Positions 10,710-22,897 of a stretch of DNA of 64,000 nt are shown here, piece by piece; position 1 is the first letter of the stretch; every line of letters starts with the position of its first letter. The stretch is from NCBI GenBank assembly GCA_964630205.1, contig CAZVTM010000005.1, positions 15,745 through 79,744 of the forward strand, written 5' to 3'. Source of the DNA: an uncultured Helicobacter sp. (GTDB lineage: Bacteria > Campylobacterota > Campylobacteria > Campylobacterales > UBA6016). Under the pieces are notes generated by a model. The model was not told where the DNA came from and made no database searches. It saw only the letters and a program-made list of their open reading frames with translations. Position numbers and translations under genes: made by a program.

Positions 10710-11136
10710 AAAAATAGTTTTTTTCATGCTTATCGCAGTATTTGCGATAGGCGCAGACCAATATATCAAATCAATTATCCTAGACGGCTACAGGTGGCAT
10801 AGCGATTATATCTCCATCATATACGTCCTAAACGAAGGCGTAGCTTTTAGTATGCTTTCATTTCTACAGGGATACTTAAAGTATTTGCAAATAGCGGTAC
10901 TGTTTTTCGCACTCATATACGTCTCCGCCAACGGATATCTTAAAAAATATCCGTTGGAGCTTGGGCTAATATTCGGCTCCGGGGCTTCAAATATATACGA
11001 TAGATTTATTCATGGCGGCGTTGTAGACTATATTTACTATCACCACTGGTTTGAATTTGCGGTATTCAATCTTGCGGATGTACTCATAGATATAGGGGTT
11101 TTACTGCTAATCATCAAGATTTTAAAGAAGAAATAA
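10702..11136 (+). CDS. lspA: Lipoprotein signal peptidase II
   Basis: [16 protein letters not shown]...[16 protein letters not shown]. Confidence 0.95.
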   Translation: MLKKIVFFMLIAVFAIGADQYIKSIILDGYRWHSDYISIIYVLNEGVAFSMLSFLQGYLKYLQIAVLFFALIYVSANGYLKKYPLELGLIFGSGASNIYDRFIHGGVVDYIYYHHWFEFAVFNLADVLIDIGVLLLIIKILKKK

Positions 11137-11168
11137 TGAATTCTTTGGTAGAATCCCAATCCACATTC

Positions 11169-11244
11169 GGTCCCGTAGCTCAGTTGGTAGAGCACTACCT
11201 TGACATGGTAGTGGTCGTTGGTTCGAGTCCAATCGGGGCCACCA
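11169..11244 (+). tRNA. tRNA-Val(GAC)
   Basis: 76-nt cloverleaf GGTCCCG...CGGGGCC-ACCA; anticodon stem CTACC-TTGACAT-GGTAG; GTTCGA T-loop. Confidence 0.97.
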
Positions 11245-11272
11245 TTTTAAATACAATCCCACAAGGCAATAA

Positions 11273-13087
11273 TTGAAAGATATACTTGGCTATAAGCTAG
11301 AGGATCAAATCATAGATACTCAAAGCGCAGCGTCAGCTGACCCACAAAATCTGCAAGCAATACAATTTGACAACTCCAAAGAAGCATTAGAAATTATCAG
11401 GCACTCAACCGCCCATCTTATGGCAGAGGCTATAAAAGAGCTCTATCCTGATGCAAAATTTTTCGTAGGACCTACGGTTGACGAGGGTTTTTATTATGAT
11501 TTCAAAACTAGCGCAAAAATAGGCGAAGAAGAGCTGTCTGCTATCGAAAAGAAGATGAAAGAGCTAGCCGATAAGGCAAACGAGATAACTAAATATACTA
11601 TAACAAAAACAGAAGCTCTTAAGAAATTTGAAAACGATGAACTAAAACAAGAGGTTCTTAAAAAAATAGACTCCGACGAAATCAGTATATATTCGCAAGG
11701 CAATTTTGAAGACCTATGTCGTGGACCGCATGTACCAAATACAAAATATCTCAAAAATTTCAAGCTAATTAGAGTTGCAGGCGCATATCTAGGCGGCGAC
11801 GAGACAAAAGAGATGCTTACCCGTATATACGGTATCGCATTTGCCGATAAAGAGACACTCAAAAACTATGTAACAATGCTTGAAGAGGCAAAAAAGAGAG
11901 ACCATAGGAAAGTTGGGCACGAACTAGGTCTTTTTGCATTCGACGAAGACATCGGCAGCGGTATGCCTATATGGCTTCCTGCGGGTGCAAGGCTACGAGG
12001 GAAGCTAGAGAAGCTTCTCTATCATGCTCACCTAGTAAGAGGGTATGAACCGGTAAGAGGGCCTGAGATACTCAAGTCAGACCTTTGGAAAAAGAGCGGA
12101 CACTATCAAAACTACGGTCAAAATATGTACTTTACGAACATAGAAGAGGCCGAGTACGGTATCAAGCCGATGAACTGCCTAAGCCATATCAAGATATTCG
12201 ACTCCGAGACAAGGGGACATAAAGAGCTTCCTCTTAAATTCTTTGAGTTTGGCGTAGTGCATAGACACGAAAAAAGCGGCGTACTTCACGGGCTTTTGAG
12301 AGTTAGAGAGTTTACACAAGACGATGCGCATATATTTTGTACCGAGGCTCAGATAAAGTCTGAAATATATGAAGTTATGGACTTTGTGGACTCCATCATG
12401 AAGGCGTTTGACTTTAACTATTCGATAGAGCTGGCCACAAAGCCTCAAAAAGCGATAGGCTCCGACGAGTTTTGGGATAAGGCGACAAAAGCTATCGCGG
12501 ACGCCCTTGACGAAAAGGGAATGAAATACGATATAGATGAAGGCGGCGGTGCTTTCTACGGTCCAAAAATAGATGTAAAAATAACAGACTGTATCGGCAG
12601 GAAATGGCAATGCGGCACAATTCAAGTGGATTTGAATTTGCCGGATAGATTTGATATCAATTACACGGACGACAACAATCAGAGAGTTCGTCCCGTGATG
12701 ATACACAGAGCAATCATCGGTTCGTTTGAGAGATTTATAGCTATTTTGACGGAGCACTTCGGCGGAGAGTTCCCTTTCTTTATAGCTCCAACACAGGTGA
12801 TTTTGGTTCCAATCGGCGAAGCTCATATAGAATTTGCCAAAAAAATTCAAAAAGAGCTAATAAGAGCCGATATTTCCGTCAAAGTTTTTGATAAAAACGA
12901 CAGCTTAGGCAAGAAAATCAGAAACGCTGAAAAAGAGAGGGTACCTCTAATCGCCGTAATAGGTGACCAGGAAGTAGCCGAAAACAAAGTGGCGCTTAGA
13001 GATAGGCGTGAAAAAAAACAATACGAGATGGGTGTAAATGAATTCGTCGCATCACTTATTGCTAAAAATAATGGGGTATTTATTTGA
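11273..13087 (+). CDS. thrS: Threonine--tRNA ligase
   Basis: [52 protein letters not shown]. Confidence 0.98.
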   Translation: MKDILGYKLEDQIIDTQSAASADPQNLQAIQFDNSKEALEIIRHSTAHLMAEAIKELYPDAKFFVGPTVDEGFYYDFKTSAKIGEEELSAIEKKMKELADKANEITKYTITKTEALKKFENDELKQEVLKKIDSDEISIYSQGNFEDLCRGPHVPNTKYLKNFKLIRVAGAYLGGDETKEMLTRIYGIAFADKETLKNYVTMLEEAKKRDHRKVGHELGLFAFDEDIGSGMPIWLPAGARLRGKLEKLLYHAHLVRGYEPVRGPEILKSDLWKKSGHYQNYGQNMYFTNIEEAEYGIKPMNCLSHIKIFDSETRGHKELPLKFFEFGVVHRHEKSGVLHGLLRVREFTQDDAHIFCTEAQIKSEIYEVMDFVDSIMKAFDFNYSIELATKPQKAIGSDEFWDKATKAIADALDEKGMKYDIDEGGGAFYGPKIDVKITDCIGRKWQCGTIQVDLNLPDRFDINYTDDNNQRVRPVMIHRAIIGSFERFIAILTEHFGGEFPFFIAPTQVILVPIGEAHIEFAKKIQKELIRADISVKVFDKNDSLGKKIRNAEKERVPLIAVIGDQEVAENKVALRDRREKKQYEMGVNEFVASLIAKNNGVFI

Positions 13088-13635
13088 GTAACAACAAAAA
13101 AGACGATGTGCTACTAAACGAGAGGATAAGGTTTGATGAAATCAGATGTGTCGGCGAAGATGGCGAACAACACGGCATTATAACTCCGCAAGAGGCTATG
13201 AAAATAGCAAACGAAAAGGGTCTTGATCTCGTACTAATCTCAGCAAACGCTAAGCCGCCCGTATGCAAGATAATGGACTACAGCAAGTTCAAATATCAAC
13301 AAGCAAAAAAAGCGAAAGAAGCGAAAAAAAAGCAAACAATTATTGAGATTAAAGAGATAAAGCTATCTCCAAAAATTGCACAAAACGACATTAACTACAA
13401 AATCAAACATGCAAGAGAGTTTCTGGAAGCCAAAAAACATGTACGCTTTAGGGTGTTCCTAAGCGGTAGAGAGATGGCAAATCCACAACTTGGCATAACG
13501 CTATTACTTCAAGTATACGAAATGGTAAAAGACATAGGCGATATGGAAAAAGATCCTATGTTTGAAGGCAGATATGTCAATATGACCGTACTCCCTAAAA
13601 AAACAGCCCCAAAAACCGCACAAGCCCCAGGATAA
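13084..13635 (+). CDS. infC: Translation initiation factor IF-3 (non-AUG start)
   Basis: [31 protein letters not shown] at 13084, with an in-frame ATT at 13078. Confidence 0.97.
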   Translation: MSNNKKDDVLLNERIRFDEIRCVGEDGEQHGIITPQEAMKIANEKGLDLVLISANAKPPVCKIMDYSKFKYQQAKKAKEAKKKQTIIEIKEIKLSPKIAQNDINYKIKHAREFLEAKKHVRFRVFLSGREMANPQLGITLLLQVYEMVKDIGDMEKDPMFEGRYVNMTVLPKKTAPKTAQAPG

Positions 13636-13656
13636 CAACCTTTATTTTTAATTAGA

Positions 13657-13696
13657 TATAATTTCGTCCCTAAAATCTGCCCTTCGGGGTGGGTTT
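13657..13696 (+). promoter_or_regulatory. Internal -10 box and 5'-UTR hairpin ahead of rpmI
   Basis: TATAAT at 13657-13662, then AAATCTGCCC-TTCG-GGGTGGGTTT (13673-13696) before the rpmI SD. Confidence 0.5.
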
Positions 13697-13717
13697 AATA
13701 TTTGCAAGGAGAGGCCG

Positions 13718-13909
13718 ATGCCGAAAATGAAAACGGTTAAGAGTGCGGCTAAGAGATTTAAAGTTAGAAAGTCCTCAATCAAAAGAGGTGCGGCATTTAG
13801 AAGCCACATTCTAACTAAAAAAAGCCCACAAAAAATAAGAAACCTAAAATCTCCAAAAACTGTACACAGCGCAAACATTGATTCCGTCAATGCAATGCTT
13901 TGTATGTAA
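13718..13909 (+). CDS. rpmI: 50S ribosomal protein L35
   Basis: [15 protein letters not shown]...[11 protein letters not shown]. Confidence 0.97.
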   Translation: MPKMKTVKSAAKRFKVRKSSIKRGAAFRSHILTKKSPQKIRNLKSPKTVHSANIDSVNAMLCM

Positions 13910-13935
13910 TCAATAGATTTTAGTAAGTAACTAGT

Positions 13936-13978
13936 CCCCCGAAAGACTTTAAATATCGGGCAAGTCCGCAAGAAGCGG
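13936..13978 (+). promoter_or_regulatory. Candidate structured leader (pseudoknot plus hairpin) upstream of rplT
   Basis: CCCCGA/TCGGGG stem; loop GACTT complementary to downstream AAGTC; CCGC-AAGAA-GCGG hairpin. Confidence 0.45.
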
Positions 13979-14014
13979 CACCTAAGTTAAAAACAATGGT
14001 AAAGGACCAATAAA

Positions 14015-14365
14015 ATGAGAGTAAAAACCGGCGTCGTAAGACGAAGAAGACATAAAAAAGTTCTAAAACTTGCTAGAGGTTTTTTTAGCGGTAGAAGAAA
14101 ACACTTCAGAAAAGCGAAAGAGCAGCTAGAAAGAAGCTTGTACTACGCTTTCAGAGACAGAAAACAGAAAAAAAGAGAGTTCAGAAAACTTTGGATAGTT
14201 AGAATCAATGCCGCTTGCAGACTAAACGGTATCAGCTACTCAAGATTCATCAACGGACTTCTTAAGGCAAACATCGAGCTTGACAGAAAAATCCTCGCAA
14301 ATATCGCAATGAACGAGCCTGAAACTTTCAAACAAATCGTAGAAAAAGCTAAAGCAGCTCTATAA
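14015..14365 (+). CDS. rplT: 50S ribosomal protein L20
   Basis: [15 protein letters not shown]...[21 protein letters not shown]. Confidence 0.98.
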   Translation: MRVKTGVVRRRRHKKVLKLARGFFSGRRKHFRKAKEQLERSLYYAFRDRKQKKREFRKLWIVRINAACRLNGISYSRFINGLLKANIELDRKILANIAMNEPETFKQIVEKAKAAL

Positions 14366-14371
14366 TTTTAG

Positions 14372-14403
14372 AAGGTCGCCATTAAAACGGCGGCCCTTTT
14401 TTT
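14372..14403 (+). terminator. Intrinsic terminator after rplT
   Basis: GGTCGCC-8nt-GGCGGCC stem followed by a T run; overlaps the stop of the convergent gene. Confidence 0.7.
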
Positions 14404-14909
14404 AATCTATCTACAGCCTCAGCGGCTTTTTTAGCATCCATCTTCCCGAGTATTTCAGCCATTTTTTTAGCCTCAAGATTAAAGAGTATCGAAGCGGCAG
14501 AGCTTGCATTCATCTCTGATAGTATTCCGGCGGCGGCAGAAGGCTTCATTTTGACGTAGCTTTGTGTTATTTTTTCATCTTTGGACTTCTCTATTGCTTC
14601 AAGTACCTTTTTATTTTCATCAAGCATATTTTTGATGTTTTGCTCTTTTTTGGCGACATCGGAGAGGGCTTTGTTGATTTCGTTCAGCTTTAGATTTAGC
14701 TTTTGCTCCTTCTGCCCGGAAACGTTTTTATTCGCATTTTGTAAAGCATTTAATGCCTGCTCTTTCTCTTCCAGCCTCTCAATTTGCAGTGCAAGTTCAG
14801 ACTTTCTTTGTTCGAATATTTTATTGCATTCATCAACGCTCAAATACTGCTGCTTTGGAGCACCGAAAAGAACGCCAAAGCAAACAGGCAATATAAACAA
14901 TTTTTTCAA
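14382..14909 (-). CDS. Periplasmic flagellar-associated protein (MotE/MgtE_N-like; Cj1496c/FlgY-like)
   Basis: Signal peptide, coiled coil, C-terminal YVKMKPSAAAGIL...AASILFNLEAKKMAEILGKMD; sits directly after the FliJ-like gene. Confidence 0.7.
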   Translation of the reverse strand: MKKLFILPVCFGVLFGAPKQQYLSVDECNKIFEQRKSELALQIERLEEKEQALNALQNANKNVSGQKEQKLNLKLNEINKALSDVAKKEQNIKNMLDENKKVLEAIEKSKDEKITQSYVKMKPSAAAGILSEMNASSAASILFNLEAKKMAEILGKMDAKKAAEAVDRLKKGPPF

Positions 14910-15334
14910 CTCTCACTCCTATTGTTATAAAGCATGACGCCTATTTCATCGAGCTCTTTCGCCTCTCTAACGGCCCTTGCCTTGAGTACCTTTTTTATTT
15001 CCTCGCCGTCAAGGTATTTCATTTTTTCAAGCTCGGCGTTTGCTTCTTTTAGCTGTCCTATTAGCATATTTTTTCTATTTTGATGGTCTGCCAGCAAAGC
15101 CTTAAGCCCTTCAATCTCAAACCTGAATGCCTTTTTCATATCCTCAAACGCCATCAAAGCTGAGTAGGGGCCGCTATGCGGCGGCTCCAGGCTATTAAAT
15201 CTATTTTTAGTTTCCAAGAGGTTTGCTTTGGTTTTTGTTATGAGGGATTCTACGGCAAAAATAGCATTTTCTATATCATCGACTGCTTTTTTTCTGATTT
15301 TGACTACGGCCGTAAATTTCGTTTTCAAAACCAA
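14906..15334 (-). CDS. fliJ: Flagellar export protein FliJ-like
   Basis: 142-aa coiled coil with KTKFTAVVKIRK start and ELEKMKYL...EAKELDE end; purA-fliJ synteny as recalled for Campylobacterota. Confidence 0.65.
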   Translation of the reverse strand: MVLKTKFTAVVKIRKKAVDDIENAIFAVESLITKTKANLLETKNRFNSLEPPHSGPYSALMAFEDMKKAFRFEIEGLKALLADHQNRKNMLIGQLKEANAELEKMKYLDGEEIKKVLKARAVREAKELDEIGVMLYNNRSES

Positions 15335-15347
15335 ATCTTTTTATGGA

Positions 15348-17455
<2,108 letters not shown>

Positions 17456-17457
17456 AA

Positions 17458-18576
17458 TCAGCCTTCCAAATAAAAGCTTTTTGCAAACGCTTTTGAAGCG
17501 GATGCGTCAAACTTTCTCATATTTAGTTTTTCCATAGCTATCTCTATCGCCTCGACAGCCCAAGCGGCGTGATAAACCTCTACATAGCCCATGTGGTTTA
17601 TCCTAAAAATTTTGTCGTTTAGATGATCTTGTCCACCGGCTATGTTTACCTTAAACTCATTTTGCAGAAGTTTTCTAAGTGCATTTGCCCCGTCAAGTTC
17701 ATACGTACTCATTGAAAGAGCCGGATTTTTAGGGTATTGCTTGAGTCCTATGGCGTCAAGAGCAGCCCTTGTTGCTCTGGCTATTTTTGCTATCTCTTCG
17801 TATTTTTTATCTATGCCTTGCGCAAATAGATCGGTAAGAACTTTTTCAAGCCCTATAGTAAGAGTAGTAGCTGCAGTCCAAGCAGTAGTATTTTTGCGCT
17901 GATTTTTAAGTTCTGTAGCAAAATTAAAATAAAAACCGGCCGGTTTTGCCTCTATCTTTGCAACTGCGGCATCACTCAGCCCCATCATTGCAAGACCCGG
18001 AGGGAGCATTAACGCTTTTTGGCTGCCGGTAATTAAACAATCTATATTTGATACGTCTATGTGCTCAACGCCTACGGCCGTTATCCCATCGGCCACTATC
18101 ATAATATTCGGATTTATTTTTTTAACTGCAGCAGCCATCTCTTCTACGGGATGGCGCACACCGGTGGAAGACTCTGATATTTGAATAAAAATAGCGTCTA
18201 TTTCGGCGTCTTTTTTTATCTCTTCAACTACTCTCTCAACGCTAACACTCTCTCCCCACTCTACGACTATCTCAGTATACGGCAGATTAAATGCTTTTGC
18301 TATTTTGCCAAATCTCTCACCGAATTTTCCGCCGTTTACAGTAAGGGCCTTTTTGTGCGTTAAATTTAATACGGCCCCCTCCATAGCTCCACTTCCGGAT
18401 GATACCAGCATCAAAGCCTCGGGCATGCCGAATAGCTTTTTGAGCATATCTCTCGTGTTTGCAAATATAGCTTCAAACTCTTTTGTTCTGTGATGGATTG
18501 TTTCAGTAGACATAGCAGCTCTAACCGATTCTGGAACTGCGGTCGGCCCCGGGGTAAGCAGTATCATATTTTTCAT
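17458..18576 (-). CDS. Class V PLP aminotransferase (alanine-glyoxylate/serine-pyruvate family)
   Basis: LLTPGPT, IHHRTKEF, ESSTGV, GSQKALMLPPG, FRINHMG. Start at MKNMILL with AGGA SD. Confidence 0.9.
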   Translation of the reverse strand: MKNMILLTPGPTAVPESVRAAMSTETIHHRTKEFEAIFANTRDMLKKLFGMPEALMLVSSGSGAMEGAVLNLTHKKALTVNGGKFGERFGKIAKAFNLPYTEIVVEWGESVSVERVVEEIKKDAEIDAIFIQISESSTGVRHPVEEMAAAVKKINPNIMIVADGITAVGVEHIDVSNIDCLITGSQKALMLPPGLAMMGLSDAAVAKIEAKPAGFYFNFATELKNQRKNTTAWTAATTLTIGLEKVLTDLFAQGIDKKYEEIAKIARATRAALDAIGLKQYPKNPALSMSTYELDGANALRKLLQNEFKVNIAGGQDHLNDKIFRINHMGYVEVYHAAWAVEAIEIAMEKLNMRKFDASASKAFAKSFYLEG

Positions 18577-18746
18577 CTTTCCTAGTAAAATATCGCGCCT
18601 AAAATGCTCTCGCACTATACCAAAAAGTAGGTAAGAGTTTTTTATAAACAAGGGATACATAACGGGCATTTTTGTTGCAGAAAAAAATATTAAAAATAGA
18701 CTATGAAAATTAAATAATTTAAGGCTTTTTTAAAGTTATTGTGTTG

Positions 18747-18973
18747 TATAATTGCGGCTTTGATTTAGCTGTGTTACGATTTTATGCTGAAGCCTTATAA
18801 AATAGGGGTTTTTCATAAATCTTAAGCTTAGCTTAAATTGTACGGCTCTTTAAAATTTTGAAGATTTTTTTGGATTTTGTCACTTACCTGTAAAAAGTAT
18901 GTAGCAAAATTCAGGCAAATCTGGCTGCAGTCGTAGGTCCCTTAATATTAAGGGTTTTTTGCGGGTACACCCG
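18747..18973 (+). ncRNA. Candidate structured leader or sRNA upstream of the sequon-repeat lipoprotein
   Basis: TATAAT at 18747; long-range complementarity; palindromic hairpin CCCTTA-ATAT-TAAGGG plus T6; CGGG-TACA-CCCG hairpin. Confidence 0.35.
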
Positions 18974-18998
18974 TTCAATTTAAAATAAGGAAAACAAA

Positions 18999-19181
18999 AT
19001 GAAAAAAGTTCTAGTTGCTGCTCTTGTAATCGCAGGTCTTGCATTCTCTGGTTGTTCAAAAAAAGCTGAAGAAGCTAACGTAACTGAAGCTAACGCTACT
19101 GTAGAAGCTAACGTAACTGCACCAGTTGTAGAAGCTAACGCTACTGAAGCTAACGCTACTGAAGCTAACAAAAGCCACTAA
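18999..19181 (+). CDS. Small lipoprotein made of tandem E-A-N-x-T/S N-glycosylation sequons
   Basis: AAGGA SD; type II signal peptide with lipobox FSGC (Cys19); uniform codon use (GAA GCT AAC); own terminator. Confidence 0.88.
   Translation: MKKVLVAALVIAGLAFSGCSKKAEEANVTEANATVEANVTAPVVEANATEANATEANKSH
19071..19175 (+). repeat. Six copies of a 15-nt coding repeat GAAGCTAAC(GTA/GCT/AAA)(ACT/AGC)
   Basis: Read directly: units encode EANVT, EANAT, EANVT, EANAT, EANAT, EANKS, with short spacers V and APVV. Confidence 0.95.
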
Positions 19182-19189
19182 CAACTCTC

Positions 19190-19211
19190 GCTAAAGCCTT
19201 TTGGCTTTAGC
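19190..19211. terminator. Hairpin between the convergent lipoprotein and aroE genes
   Basis: Perfect GCTAAAGCC-TTTT-GGCTTTAGC. Confidence 0.75.
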
Positions 19212-19213
19212 AG

Positions 19214-19999
19214 TTAATTTACCGCATTTCTCATAACTTCAATATATTTTCTATCTATTTTTTTATCAACAAAAATCTCAAAAGCAAAAAATGCTTGCCA
19301 TATAAGCATATCCAATCCATTTCTTCTATCGACATGAAGCTCTGCTGCCAACTTCAAAAAAGGCGTCTCTTTATATATACAGTCATAAGCCAGTTTTGTC
19401 TTAGACAATAGTTTACGTAGCATATCCTTTTGCATAGGAAGCTCATCGTCAGTAAGTCCTGCGCTCGTAGTGTTTACCACCAAATCAAACTCTTTATCTA
19501 TATCTCCGTCCAGCGTAGACGTCGAAAATCCGTGTTGCTTGAAAAATTCGAGCCGTCCGGCACTTCTATTTAGTATAAGCGGCTCTATTCCGTTGGCACG
19601 CAAAGCAAAAGCTATTGCTCTTGCGGTACCGCCGGCACCAAGTATAACAGCGCTCTTGGGGTCAAGGGCTCCAAGCGAAGCCATAAATCCGGGCGCATCG
19701 GTATTGTAACCGTGAAGTTTTCCGTCTTTTAGGATTATAGTATTGACGGCTCCTATATTCTTTGCAAATTCATCTAAAAAGTCACAAGCATCAAAGGCGT
19801 CTTCTTTGAAAGGAACCGTAATATTAATACCACTTAAACCGAGCGATAAAAACTTCTCCGCAAGAAGCCTGCCGTCATGAAGTAAATATCTAGTATAGCA
19901 AGCATCCAAACCTAGCTGTCTATACAAGGAGTTGTGTAGCAAAGGGGATTTCGAATGGGAGACGGGGTTGCCAAAAAGGGCAAATAGCCTTTTATCCAA
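19214..19999 (-). CDS. aroE: Shikimate dehydrogenase
   Basis: FGNPVSHSKSP, NITVPFK, GAVNT, GYNTD, GAGGTARA, GLDMLIWQA. Confidence 0.96.
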   Translation of the reverse strand: MDKRLFALFGNPVSHSKSPLLHNSLYRQLGLDACYTRYLLHDGRLLAEKFLSLGLSGINITVPFKEDAFDACDFLDEFAKNIGAVNTIILKDGKLHGYNTDAPGFMASLGALDPKSAVILGAGGTARAIAFALRANGIEPLILNRSAGRLEFFKQHGFSTSTLDGDIDKEFDLVVNTTSAGLTDDELPMQKDMLRKLLSKTKLAYDCIYKETPFLKLAAELHVDRRNGLDMLIWQAFFAFEIFVDKKIDRKYIEVMRNAVN

Positions 20000-21401
20000 G
20001 ATTCTTTAAATCCTCAAAACTAGATATATTTGCGGCAAGTTTGTTTTTTATCTCTTTGAGCTCAAGCTCCGGTACGCTATCGGCTACAACTCCGGCCCCC
20101 GCCTGGAATATTATTTTATCTTTTTTGACTAGGGCAGTTCTGATCGTAATTGCGAAATCCATATTGCCGTCAAAGCCGAAATAGCCCACAGAGCCACTGT
20201 AAAAACCTCGTTTAACCCCTTCAAGATGCGCTATTATCTCCATTGCTTTTATTTTAGGTGCTCCGGTCATTGTTCCGGCTGTAAACGTCGCGCGAAAAAG
20301 ATCAAACATACTTTTATCGTCTTCAAGATTGCCGGTAACGTCACTAACCATGTGCATGACGTGAGAATACCTCTCAACACGCATTAATTCACCGACTTTT
20401 ACGGTAGAAGGCTTGCTCACCCTGCCAATATCATTTCTAGCAAGGTCGACTAGCATGATATGCTCGGCTCTCTCTTTTGGGTCGCTCAGCATTTCCGCTT
20501 CCATCTCCAAATCTTTTTGAATATCATACCCGCGCTTTCTGGTGCCCGCTATAGGACGAATAAGTATCTCACCATCCTCAAGCTTTATCATAACCTCCGG
20601 TGAGCTACCCGCTATACTAAAGTCATCAAACTCTAAAAAATACATATAAGGAGATGGATTTTTGGCTCTTAGGACACGGTAAAAGCTATACGCATCCACC
20701 TGTGCATCCACGGTAACCCTATTTGCTACCAATATTTGAAACACGTCCCCGGCGCGTATATGCTCTTTTGCCGATATTACCCCGGTTTTAAACTGTTCAT
20801 CACTAAGCATACTAACCGAGGAAAAACTACCCTTTGGCTTCACAAGCGGCAAAGTCGAATAGTCAGACAATAGCAGTTTGTGTATTTCATCCAAAGTAGC
20901 CTGAGGCATACATGTCGATAGCATTGTCAGCTTGCAACTCTTATGGGAATAGCCTATGACTATTTTTGGTCGCATCATGTAAAAATCAGGCGTATCCGTC
21001 TCATCGACCAAAGAGTCCATAGCATCTTTCAATACAGGCTCAAACTCTTTTATGATGTCATAACCGACAAAGCCGACAAAGCCGTCGACAAAGCCGAGGC
21101 CCGTCAATGCGGACATATCGGTATATTTTTTTGTGTCTATTTTTTTATAGTACTCTTCCAAAAAAGCCAGTGGCTCTATATTTGAAGCACTTTTGACACC
21201 ATACTCATCAGTATAGTCACATGTACCGTTTTTAAAAGAAAGCGATTCTCTTTCGCCTATAAATATATAACTGAAGTTTCCCAGTTCATTAACGGTCGCA
21301 CTCTCTAGTAAAAATATTCGTTCACCGTCAAAATGCTCTTTAAGCTTCGCATAAAACGCTATAGGGGTGAACTGGTCTATAAAAACTGATTTAAAATACA
21401 A
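19992..21401 (-). CDS. trpE: Anthranilate synthase component I
   Basis: [59 protein letters not shown]. Confidence 0.9.
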   Translation of the reverse strand: MYFKSVFIDQFTPIAFYAKLKEHFDGERIFLLESATVNELGNFSYIFIGERESLSFKNGTCDYTDEYGVKSASNIEPLAFLEEYYKKIDTKKYTDMSALTGLGFVDGFVGFVGYDIIKEFEPVLKDAMDSLVDETDTPDFYMMRPKIVIGYSHKSCKLTMLSTCMPQATLDEIHKLLLSDYSTLPLVKPKGSFSSVSMLSDEQFKTGVISAKEHIRAGDVFQILVANRVTVDAQVDAYSFYRVLRAKNPSPYMYFLEFDDFSIAGSSPEVMIKLEDGEILIRPIAGTRKRGYDIQKDLEMEAEMLSDPKERAEHIMLVDLARNDIGRVSKPSTVKVGELMRVERYSHVMHMVSDVTGNLEDDKSMFDLFRATFTAGTMTGAPKIKAMEIIAHLEGVKRGFYSGSVGYFGFDGNMDFAITIRTALVKKDKIIFQAGAGVVADSVPELELKEIKNKLAANISSFEDLKNLG

Positions 21402-21403
21402 AA

Positions 21404-22312
21404 CTACCCTTTTATGATAAACGCATCATTCTTGATTTGCTCCCTAATTTTAGGAAGAGCTTTTGCGGCGTCTTCTTTGGAATCAAAAGGGCCAACCCAC
21501 ACCTTCGTTATATTCTTATCGTTTTTGACCGCTTGTTTTGTAGTTGAGCCGAAACCAACGGAATTTACCTTATCTCTAAGCCCTTTAGTAGCTGCTTCGC
21601 TTTCAAAATATCCGACTTGTACAAAGTAAGTCCCTGTTGGGGCTACCTTAGGTTTTGCTTCTGCTTGGGTAGCTTTTGGCTTTGTCTCTGGCTTAGGGGC
21701 TGTCTTTGTGACATTTTTAGTAGCCTCTTTAAATGCTTTTTTGACATCCTCTTTTTTTGGCTCTTCTTTTTTCACCTCTTCTTTAGGGGTCTTGGCAACA
21801 GACTGGGTAGCAGTCGCAGTTTTTATAGGGACGGATACAGCAGTCGTTTTTGGAGCAACTTGAACAGTTTGCGGCTGCGGCTGTGGTTGTTGCGCCGCTT
21901 GTTTGGTAGCTACCGGAACCTGCACTGGGATATTAGACGTCGGTTGGTCCGTTGCAGCGGCAGGTTGAGTATTTGTCGCTTGCGACTGTGCATCTTGTTG
22001 AAGTTTTTTAACTATAGCATTTAATTTTTCGTCCGCTATCGCATTTGCATCAGCAGGATGCGCGGTAGCGTTGGCGTTTTGTGCTATGGGCTGAACGGCG
22101 GCAACATATGGGATCTTCTTCATTTGCTCTGCGGCAGTTATAGGAAGAGGCTGCTTAGTCTCGGACGAACCCATAAACTTCATAATTCCGATAATAATAA
22201 AAAACAAAAGCAGTACGCCTGCGGCAATAAGGAAAAATTTTTTACTAGAGCTGCTCTCTTTTTGATTGCCTAAAAGCAGGTCGTTTAACTCGTTTTTATC
22301 ATCCATCTGCAT
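21404..22312 (-). CDS. SPOR-domain cell division protein (DedD/FtsN-like)
   Basis: N-terminal TM, low-complexity linker, C-terminal YFVQVGYF...VWVGPF SPOR domain. Confidence 0.85.
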   Translation of the reverse strand: MQMDDKNELNDLLLGNQKESSSSKKFFLIAAGVLLLFFIIIGIMKFMGSSETKQPLPITAAEQMKKIPYVAAVQPIAQNANATAHPADANAIADEKLNAIVKKLQQDAQSQATNTQPAAATDQPTSNIPVQVPVATKQAAQQPQPQPQTVQVAPKTTAVSVPIKTATATQSVAKTPKEEVKKEEPKKEDVKKAFKEATKNVTKTAPKPETKPKATQAEAKPKVAPTGTYFVQVGYFESEAATKGLRDKVNSVGFGSTTKQAVKNDKNITKVWVGPFDSKEDAAKALPKIREQIKNDAFIIKG

Positions 22313-22326
22313 TACCCCTTATTTAA

Positions 22327-22869
22327 TTATAAATGTTTTGACCAAGATGCGCCACGCTCTTTTTGATACAGCTCATAAGGCAAAGTCAGTATGTTGTACT
22401 CCGGCGGAATTTGATCATTTGGAAATACATTCCACTGAGTTGGCAGTCTCTGCCCCAGTTTCATAGAGAGGGTCTTTGCAAGGTGTATTCCCTCATGAAG
22501 CGTAGTATGCCCTTTATGAATATACAAATGCAAATGCCCCTCTGTTTTACTTTTATACGCGGTAAAGTTGATAAAACCTTCCTCGCGGAATAAAAGTTGT
22601 GCTCTATGCCAAAACCTCTCAGGGTCTCTCCCGTTATAATCGAAAACAATATTTTCTACTTTTTGGTTTGGCAAGATAAGAGAGTGGGCTACAGTAATCT
22701 TGCCGTCTTGATGATCACTCATGACTTGCATAGTAAGAGGCTTGTCTACTTTTTCAAATTTATTAAAATATGTTTTACCCTTAAATTCTAGCTTCTCGCT
22801 TCCAAGATCTTTTTTTTGCCAATAGTGCGTCGTGCACATCTTGATAAGTTTGATATCTACATTGTACAT
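22327..22869 (-). CDS. Conserved Campylobacterota protein (DUF1882-like)
   Basis: FINFTAYKSKTEGHLHLYIHKGHT; position between glyA and the SPOR gene. Confidence 0.75.
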   Translation of the reverse strand: MYNVDIKLIKMCTTHYWQKKDLGSEKLEFKGKTYFNKFEKVDKPLTMQVMSDHQDGKITVAHSLILPNQKVENIVFDYNGRDPERFWHRAQLLFREEGFINFTAYKSKTEGHLHLYIHKGHTTLHEGIHLAKTLSMKLGQRLPTQWNVFPNDQIPPEYNILTLPYELYQKERGASWSKHL

Positions 22870-22897
22870 CGGGCGCTATTTCCTTGAATGGTATTTT

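Noticed and set aside
13078-13086. Non-AUG start of infC (TTG, or ATT six nt upstream)
   Set aside because: Real, but well-known IF3 autoregulation; not novel.
18875-18960. Possible c-di-GMP-I riboswitch (GGCAAA motif) ahead of the lipoprotein
   Set aside because: No GNRA-capped P2 and no GACGCAAAG junction follow, on either strand.
21640-22100. Low-complexity repeats in the SPOR protein (QPQPQ, KKEEVKKEEPKKED) and TonB linker
   Set aside because: Normal disordered periplasmic linkers for these families.
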